From: Candidatus Eiseniibacteriota bacterium
GTDB lineage: Bacteria; Eisenbacteria; RBG-16-71-46; CAIMUX01; VGJL01
Reading direction: 5' to 3'
Assembly: GCA_041946735.1 (NCBI GenBank)
Contig: JBHGAY010000024.1
Coordinates: 6,114-70,113, forward strand
Length of the DNA stretch: 64,000 nucleotides
The translations under genes were made by a program, and so were the position numbers. This document shows, piece after piece, positions 58,737 to 64,000 of the stretch. The notes under the pieces were generated by a model. That model was not told where the DNA came from and did no database searches. It saw only the letters and a list, made by a program, of their open reading frames with translations. Numbering within the stretch: the first letter of the stretch is position 1; each line of letters starts with the position of its first letter.

Positions 58737-59681
58737 ATGTCCAGAACGATTCTGTTGGCCGTAGTCGTTCTGCTGTGCGCGGCATCCCGTGGCGCTGACG
58801 CGGGACGGAACAACAACGGCGCCCTCATCGTCCACACGAACGACGCCGCTGTCTACAGCGCGGACGACGACTATTGCGGGACGGTTTTCGACGAGCACGC
58901 GCCCGCGGACTGCGCCGCGGCGATCACGCGGACCGACAAAGGCGAGGAAGAGATCGCCGTGATCTGGTTCCTCGCCGCCTTCACGGAGCATCATCACCCG
59001 CAGATCAACGCGATTCAGTTCGGCGTCGATCACAACCTGCCGGCCGACGCCGGCCAGGTGAGCGCGTGGGGAGCGTGCGGCCCGACGCCGCAGGAAATCC
59101 CGGAGGAAGGCTGGCCCGCCGTCCCGAGCGGCAACATCGTCGGCTTCGGCGAGCCCATCACCGACCGGCTCTTCCCGTTCTACTGGTTCGCCGTGCGCGG
59201 CGCCGGGGCGGGGAGCCATTTCGGCACCGGGGCCGATCCGGTCAGGGGGAAGGCGGTCTTCGCGGACGATTCGCGCCCGCCGGTCGAAGACGATGTCACG
59301 AGGTTCGGCCGCGTCGACTGGTTCGGCCCGGGCTCCAACGCCTGCCCCGAGCCTCCGCTCCTGGGCGGCTGCTGCTTCCAGAGCGACGCGCGCTGCGAGA
59401 TCGTCGACTACTCCTTCTGCGCCGATTCGGCGGGCGTCTATCTGGGCGACGGAAGCGGCTGCGACCAGTGCAGCCGATGCTGCTACGCGGAGGGGGAGTT
59501 TCTGCATCGCTGCATCCTGACGACCGAGACGGAATGCTTCTCGCGCAGCCAGGACGGGTACACAGCCGTCTGGCGAGAGGATTGCCAGATCTGCGACTCG
59601 TGGCCTTGCGAAGCCTTCTACGATTGTGCGGTCCCGGCGCGCTCCCGGACGTGGGGCGAGGTGAAAGCGCTGTTCCGCTGA
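58737..59681 (+). CDS. secreted cysteine-rich hypothetical protein (19 Cys in the C-terminal ~130 aa)
   Basis: From Met35 (GAGGAGA Shine-Dalgarno): signal peptide MSRTILLAVVVLLCAASRGADA, and a C-terminal Cys cluster (GGCCFQSDARCEIVDYSFCADS...CDQCSRCCYAEGEFLHRCILTTETECF...CQICDSWPCEAFYDC). Confidence 0.5.
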   Translation: MSRTILLAVVVLLCAASRGADAGRNNNGALIVHTNDAAVYSADDDYCGTVFDEHAPADCAAAITRTDKGEEEIAVIWFLAAFTEHHHPQINAIQFGVDHNLPADAGQVSAWGACGPTPQEIPEEGWPAVPSGNIVGFGEPITDRLFPFYWFAVRGAGAGSHFGTGADPVRGKAVFADDSRPPVEDDVTRFGRVDWFGPGSNACPEPPLLGGCCFQSDARCEIVDYSFCADSAGVYLGDGSGCDQCSRCCYAEGEFLHRCILTTETECFSRSQDGYTAVWREDCQICDSWPCEAFYDCAVPARSRTWGEVKALFR

Positions 59682-59935
59682 CGTCACCCCCGCGCGCACG
59701 CCACGGCGGGCGGGACCGAGGTGAGAGCCGCCAAGCCCGGAAGAGCTTCGCGCGGCCAAGCGTTTCACTTCGCTCCTTTGTTTGAGCGGCTTTGGCAGAA
59801 TCAACCGTGCTTGACGCGGTCGCTACTGTGCTTTACTATATACACAGTGGCGGCAGAGCGTAAGCCGTGCCTGGGCGTCGCGTCCCCGACCTAGGCGTTT
59901 CTCGACCGGCCAGCGATCTGCCCGCGGAGGGTGAC

Positions 59936-60346
59936 GTGCCGCTGACGCTGACGGTGAAACTGAGCCAGGCTTCCGGGGTCCCGTACTACCGGCAGATCGT
60001 GGATCAGATCGGTCAGATGATCCGCTCCGGCCAGCTCCCCCCGCGAACACAACTCCCCTCCGTGCGAGAGCTTGCCGCGCAGCTTCTCGTCTCCCTCATC
60101 ACCGTCCGCCGAGCCTATGAGGACCTCGAGGCGGCAAAGCTGATCGTCCTGCGTCAGGGGCAGGGGAGCTTCGTCACGGATACGGTGGCGAAGGGAACGA
60201 AGCGGCAGGCGATCGCGGAAGCGCGAGCCGTTCTCGCGGAGGCGGTCGAGCACTGCAGTCGCCTGGGGCTTGACGGGGCCGCCATCCGGGCGACGTTCGA
60301 CGAAGCGATGCAGAAGGAGGAGGAGAGCCGCAATGCTGCCGACTGA
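59936..60346 (+). CDS. GntR-family transcriptional regulator (YhcF-like, HTH only)
   Basis: GTG after GGAGGG: PYYRQIVDQIGQMIRSGQLPPRTQLPSVRELAAQLLVSLITVRRAYEDLE is the GntR wHTH. Short C-terminal domain. Confidence 0.65.
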   Translation: MPLTLTVKLSQASGVPYYRQIVDQIGQMIRSGQLPPRTQLPSVRELAAQLLVSLITVRRAYEDLEAAKLIVLRQGQGSFVTDTVAKGTKRQAIAEARAVLAEAVEHCSRLGLDGAAIRATFDEAMQKEEESRNAAD

Positions 60347-61100
60347 GAGCCACGGAGACTCTTGGAGCGAGGGGGATGGGCACGATGTCGAGCCGGGAGG
60401 AACGCTCATCGCGGTCGACGATCTCCGGGTGCGACGCGGGCGCTTCGAGCTGTCGATCCCGCGCTGGTCGCTGGAGCCTGGGATCGTCGTCGGCCTCGTC
60501 GGGCCCAACGGGGCCGGAAAGACGACGCTGTTGGAGACGATCGCGGGATTGCGGCCTGCGACTCACGGCCGTGTCTCGGTCTTCGGCCACGATCCTTGGC
60601 GCGATCCGGTCCTCGTTCGCTCCGCCCTCGGTTTCATGAGCGACGACCTTCCTGTCTTCGACATGCGCGTCCGATCGCTCGTGCAGATGGTCTCCGCCTA
60701 CTACAGTAGCTGGGACGTGGGCCTCGCTGAGTCCCTCATCGACCGCTTCCACCTCGACCCGAAGGCGCGGGCCGGAGCTCTCTCGAAGGGACAGGGGACG
60801 CGGCTCCGTCTCGTCCTCGCCATGGCGTTCCGCCCCCGAGTGCTGCTGCTCGACGAACCTTCCTCCGGGCTCGATCTCGACGGCCGGCGCGGGCTGCTCG
60901 AGAGCGTGCTCGACGTCGTGCGCGATCCGAAGAGGAGCGTCGTGATCAGCTCCCACATGCTGCTCGACGTGCAACGGGTTTCCGACCGCCTGGTCGTGCT
61001 TCAAGCGGGGAAGATCCTGCGGGATGGTCCGACCGACCAGCTAGTCGGCGAGGGGCGGACGCTGGAAGAGGCGATCGTCGCCTGGGGGGCGGCAAGATGA
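60333..61100 (+). CDS. ABC transporter ATP-binding protein
   Basis: From Met22 (GGAGGAGGAG Shine-Dalgarno): Walker A GPNGAGKTTLL, signature LSKGQGTRLRL, Walker B LLLDEPSSGLD. Confidence 0.8.
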   Translation: MLPTESHGDSWSEGDGHDVEPGGTLIAVDDLRVRRGRFELSIPRWSLEPGIVVGLVGPNGAGKTTLLETIAGLRPATHGRVSVFGHDPWRDPVLVRSALGFMSDDLPVFDMRVRSLVQMVSAYYSSWDVGLAESLIDRFHLDPKARAGALSKGQGTRLRLVLAMAFRPRVLLLDEPSSGLDLDGRRGLLESVLDVVRDPKRSVVISSHMLLDVQRVSDRLVVLQAGKILRDGPTDQLVGEGRTLEEAIVAWGAAR

Positions 61101-62527
61101 GAGCGATGCTCCTTCACATGCGAATCCGGTTCTCGTGGATTCTCCGAGCGCCGCTGCCGGCGGCTGGTGTGATCGTCCTCGGACTTCTTGCGTGGGTGGC
61201 GTGGCCGGCGGCGCTCCGGCCCGACGGCTGGTTCTCGGATGCTCGCGGGCCGCGACCGCACTCCTGGAACTCCTTCGTCCAGATCCAGATGATCCTCATC
61301 GTGGGATACGCCTCGCGCTTGGTCGGTGGTCGGGCGACGGGCCGGAGCATCGTCGCCTGGAGAACCGTGCAACCCCTGCCCACACTTCCGATCGGAATCC
61401 ACGGGCGGATGATCGCCGAGGCCCTGCTCGCTCTCGTGTTGCTCCTCGTCCTCCGTCTCGCCGGACTCGCGATTGCCGGTTCGGGGGTTGGACACTTTCT
61501 GCTTCGTCATGCGGTCAGGCCGGATGGCGGTCTCGCAGCAATCTATCTCGGGATGACCGGGGTCGGGGCATGGCTCCTCTTCCCGATGCTGCTCGCCTGG
61601 GCCGTTCCCGCTGTGCAACCGGAGAGGGCGCTTGCCACTTCCGTGGCGGTCATGGCGGGGACTTTCGTCTTGATGAAACTGAACGCGCTTGCGACGCCTG
61701 CCGGATGCATCGCGTCGGGCGCCCTGCTTTCGGCGGCGGTCCTCGTTTCCACGGGCAGGAAGTTGCCGTTCCGCTTGCCGAAGTGGCCCGCCCTACTGCC
61801 GAGGGACAGGCGAACGGATTCCCGATCGACGATGATGGCCGTCCCGGCGAAATCGCGCGCCCCCCGCGCGCAGTGGAGGCACGACATCTTCCTGCGTCCC
61901 TTCCGCCTGGCCTGGATCGGGCTTCCGTTTCTCGCCCTCGGGCTCGTTCTCGATCGCACGGTCCTTTCCGGCTGGCGACTGGGAGGCGAAGAAGGGTTCA
62001 GCCCATTCGCGCTGGCCGGTGGCGGTGCTGTGATGCTCTTCGGCACGTTCCTGCTACGCGCCCCGCTCGCGATATGGGCTCCGATGCCTTCCGGCGCTCT
62101 TCTCCGTGCGGCGTCGGTCCTGCCGCTGGAACGGCGCGGGATCGTTCGGAGCCTCTACGCCTGGTTCTTCGCTGCCGGCATGCTGACCTGGCTGTTCCTC
62201 GTGGCGCTGATCCTGCTGTCCTCCTGGATGCACGGGGGACGCTCCTCGCTCGGAGCGATCGACGGGGAATCGGCCGCGCCGACTTTGCTCGGCCTGCTCG
62301 CGCTCGTCCCGGCCGCTGCCGCAGGCTCTCTGGCTCAGGCGGTCGGCGCCCGCACCGCGACCGCGATCGCCGGCGGACTCATGATCCTCGGCCTCGCAGC
62401 CATGATGGTCCTGTCGAGCGCGAGCGTCGCACCGGAGATCCTCGGCGCGGTCATGGCCGGCCTGGCACTGGCGGGCCTCGTCCTGGCGGTTCCCGTGCTG
62501 CGTCGTTCGCGAATGCCCCGTGACTGA
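61097..62527 (+). CDS. multi-pass membrane protein, probable ABC-2-type permease partner
   Basis: About 12 hydrophobic helices. ATGA overlap with the ATPase stop. A GntR/ATPase/permease arrangement is typical of YhcFGH-like modules. Confidence 0.5.
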   Translation: MRAMLLHMRIRFSWILRAPLPAAGVIVLGLLAWVAWPAALRPDGWFSDARGPRPHSWNSFVQIQMILIVGYASRLVGGRATGRSIVAWRTVQPLPTLPIGIHGRMIAEALLALVLLLVLRLAGLAIAGSGVGHFLLRHAVRPDGGLAAIYLGMTGVGAWLLFPMLLAWAVPAVQPERALATSVAVMAGTFVLMKLNALATPAGCIASGALLSAAVLVSTGRKLPFRLPKWPALLPRDRRTDSRSTMMAVPAKSRAPRAQWRHDIFLRPFRLAWIGLPFLALGLVLDRTVLSGWRLGGEEGFSPFALAGGGAVMLFGTFLLRAPLAIWAPMPSGALLRAASVLPLERRGIVRSLYAWFFAAGMLTWLFLVALILLSSWMHGGRSSLGAIDGESAAPTLLGLLALVPAAAAGSLAQAVGARTATAIAGGLMILGLAAMMVLSSASVAPEILGAVMAGLALAGLVLAVPVLRRSRMPRD

Positions 62528-62686
62528 AGCGGTGAACGTGGGAAGTTGATCGCGGAGCGGGAAGGATTGCTGCATCCTTGGACGAGCCGTGTCGGGGCGT
62601 GTGACGGCAAGAATCAGGCTGGGATCAGCTCCGCTCCTGCGTTTGAATCTCACGCAACCGTCCACCGAGCGGAGACAGCTCCGTCG

Positions 62687-62779
62687 TCAATCCTGATCAA
62701 GACCAGCGATGACTCGTTCGATCCGCCCGATCCTCTCCAACATGTCGGCGATCAGGAGATGCGCGGACCTACGCGACAT
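62687..62779 (-). pseudogene. truncated HepT-like (DUF86/HEPN) toxin fragment, 30 codons
   Basis: MSRRSAHLLIADMLERIGRIERVIAGLDQD* resembles a HepT N-terminus, and its ATG overlaps the 3' end of the upstream MNT gene as in intact pairs. It then hits a stop, and the downstream frames show no HEPN Rx4-6H motif. Confidence 0.3.
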
Positions 62780-63062
62780 CGAGCAGTTCCTCCTGGATTT
62801 CCGATAGGTGGCGCTCCGGAATCGCCCGAAGCGAGACAACGTCCGCTCGCACGCCCAGCAGCGCTTCGATTCGGTCGGCGAGGTCCACGAACCGAAGACC
62901 GATGGCAGGGTCCACGTCGACCAGAACGTCGACGTCGCTGCTTTCTGTCTGTTCCCCTCGGGCGTAGGAGCCAAACAGCGCAATTCTACGGATGGGAAAG
63001 CCCCGCTTCAGCTCAGGCAGGGCGGTACCGAGGATCGCCAGTATCTCACCGGTGGATTTCAC
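62769..63062 (-). CDS. nucleotidyltransferase-domain (MNT-type) antitoxin
   Basis: 97 aa from a GTG (GGGAGG Shine-Dalgarno): ILGTALPELKRGFPIRRIALFGSYARGEQTESSDVDVLVDVD has the GSxxRG...DxD minimal nucleotidyltransferase motif. Confidence 0.65.
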   Translation of the reverse strand: MKSTGEILAILGTALPELKRGFPIRRIALFGSYARGEQTESSDVDVLVDVDPAIGLRFVDLADRIEALLGVRADVVSLRAIPERHLSEIQEELLDVA

Positions 63063-63201
63063 GATGGAGCCTCCCTGCCTTGACAACGACTGTCCGCCGA
63101 CGTGGAGCCGAGGGAGCGGACGACCCTGCTTAGGTGAGAGGCGATCGCCGCAGGCGTCCGGTGCTGCGGCCATCGCCCCCACCCCAGCGGGAAGCTGAGC
63201 G

Positions 63202-64000
63202 TCAAGTCGAGCAAGGCTGAAAGAGTCCCAAACCGTAATGGGAGCCATAGCCGAGCGTGAGGGGCCCGGCCACCGCATCGGGGAACTCGAGCACGAAACC
63301 AAACCCCATGGCGACGGGCGGCCCCTCCACCTTGGTACGCCAACGGCGGAATTCGAGCCAGCGCGTCTTGTGTCCACGTTCCTCGAGCCAGGGCAGCGGC
63401 TCGATGCTCCGAGGATCCGGCAAAGCGCGCCGTCGCAGTTCGAGGAGGAGCTGGTCCGCCGGGCTCTCCTTTCCATTCCGCTTCGGGTGACGGGGAAGGA
63501 CGAATGGCGTAACGGACCTCCAGTGCCTCGCGGGTCCGGTCAGCTCCCCTTGATCCACCCCTTGGTCACCCAGCCCCGCAAGGACCACCCGAATGGGATA
63601 CGCCCAATCGCTCCTTTTCAGGACGCTCAGGCTTTGCAGCGCTTCGACCTCGCCTGGGCCGAAGCCGGCGGGCGCATAGATCAGCAGGGCATCGAGCCGT
63701 CCGTCGCCGTCTTGATCGTGCGGAAGATAGTGCGCATGATCGTGGCTCTTGAACGGCGTCCCATCGTCCTGCTTGCCGGAAAACACCGCCGACGATCGCC
63801 CGTCCTCAGTCCGCCCGAAGATCGCCTGCAGGGAAGCTCGCGCGAGCTCTGCAACGAGGACGGAGTCGACCACCCGCGGCAGGACACTTCCGGTAAGCGC
63901 ATACTTCGCCATGCATGGGCGCACGCGAACTGCAATAGAGCCGGTGCTCCTTGCCCGCTGCGCTTCCACCGTCCTGCAGGCGTATGTGATCCAAGCGGCA
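63202..64000 (-). CDS. partial gene (N-terminus off-window) encoding a protein with a C-terminal glycine-rich loop (LGYGSHYGLGLF), possibly RAMP/Cas5-Cas6-like; otherwise hypothetical
   Basis: The frame stays open from 63969 to the window end, so the track start is not the real start. The C-terminal GxGxxxGxG loop followed by 8 residues resembles RAMP G-loops. No other family recognised. Confidence 0.35.
   Translation of the reverse strand, partial: AAWITYACRTVEAQRARSTGSIAVRVRPCMAKYALTGSVLPRVVDSVLVAELARASLQAIFGRTEDGRSSAVFSGKQDDGTPFKSHDHAHYLPHDQDGDGRLDALLIYAPAGFGPGEVEALQSLSVLKRSDWAYPIRVVLAGLGDQGVDQGELTGPARHWRSVTPFVLPRHPKRNGKESPADQLLLELRRRALPDPRSIEPLPWLEERGHKTRWLEFRRWRTKVEGPPVAMGFGFVLEFPDAVAGPLTLGYGSHYGLGLFQPCST

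Noticed and set aside
62546-63133. 195-aa plus-strand ORF over the toxin-antitoxin region
   Set aside because: Antisense to the MNT gene, with no motifs and a low-complexity composition.

Overview
About 70% GC bacterial chromosomal segment with roughly 55 protein-coding genes. I found no rRNA, tRNA or CRISPR array by eye. The supplied ORF track reports the longest ATG/GTG/TTG-initiated ORFs, and the high GC inflates many of them (long Arg/Ala/Pro-rich N-terminal extensions, antisense ORFs). I trimmed starts by homology and codon arithmetic from the track coordinates; all starts are approximate.

Main content, in order:
- An 11-gene heme biosynthesis operon on the minus strand (14894 down to 2687): hemX-like, hemA, hemC, a TetR::HemD fusion, hemB, hemL, hemE, hemN, hemH, hemY. 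A transketolase-family gene follows it.
- A ParA-like ATPase; a radical-SAM plus hexapeptide (gamma-CA-like) pair divergent from a secreted DUF1028 protein; pncB-pncA; bcp; pepN.
- A DNA-repair neighbourhood: DUF167, an orphan D12-class adenine methyltransferase, dinB, then divergently LigD (PE-Lig-Pol) with no Ku gene in the window.
- A tetraheme cytochrome c convergent with a ferritin, followed by a MacA/LolD/2xFtsX efflux locus.
- A TPR-CHAT protein > ECF sigma > zinc-finger anti-sigma cassette, divergent from a REC-domain fusion to a thioredoxin-reductase-like flavoprotein that lacks the redox-active cysteines.
- A second MFP-FtsX-TolC locus with no ATPase gene.
- An ~860-bp noncoding region holding an (AGGT)n microsatellite and a ~180-bp inverted duplication.
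- A giant secreted propeller-like protein with a T9SS/FlgD-Ig-type C-terminal domain, coupled to an S41 peptidase.
- A GapN-like aldehyde dehydrogenase, a 19-Cys secreted protein, a GntR-ABC module, an MNT/HepT toxin-antitoxin remnant, and a window-edge partial gene with a RAMP-like glycine-rich loop.

Four-nucleotide start/stop overlaps (ATGA/GTGA) are pervasive across unrelated operons.
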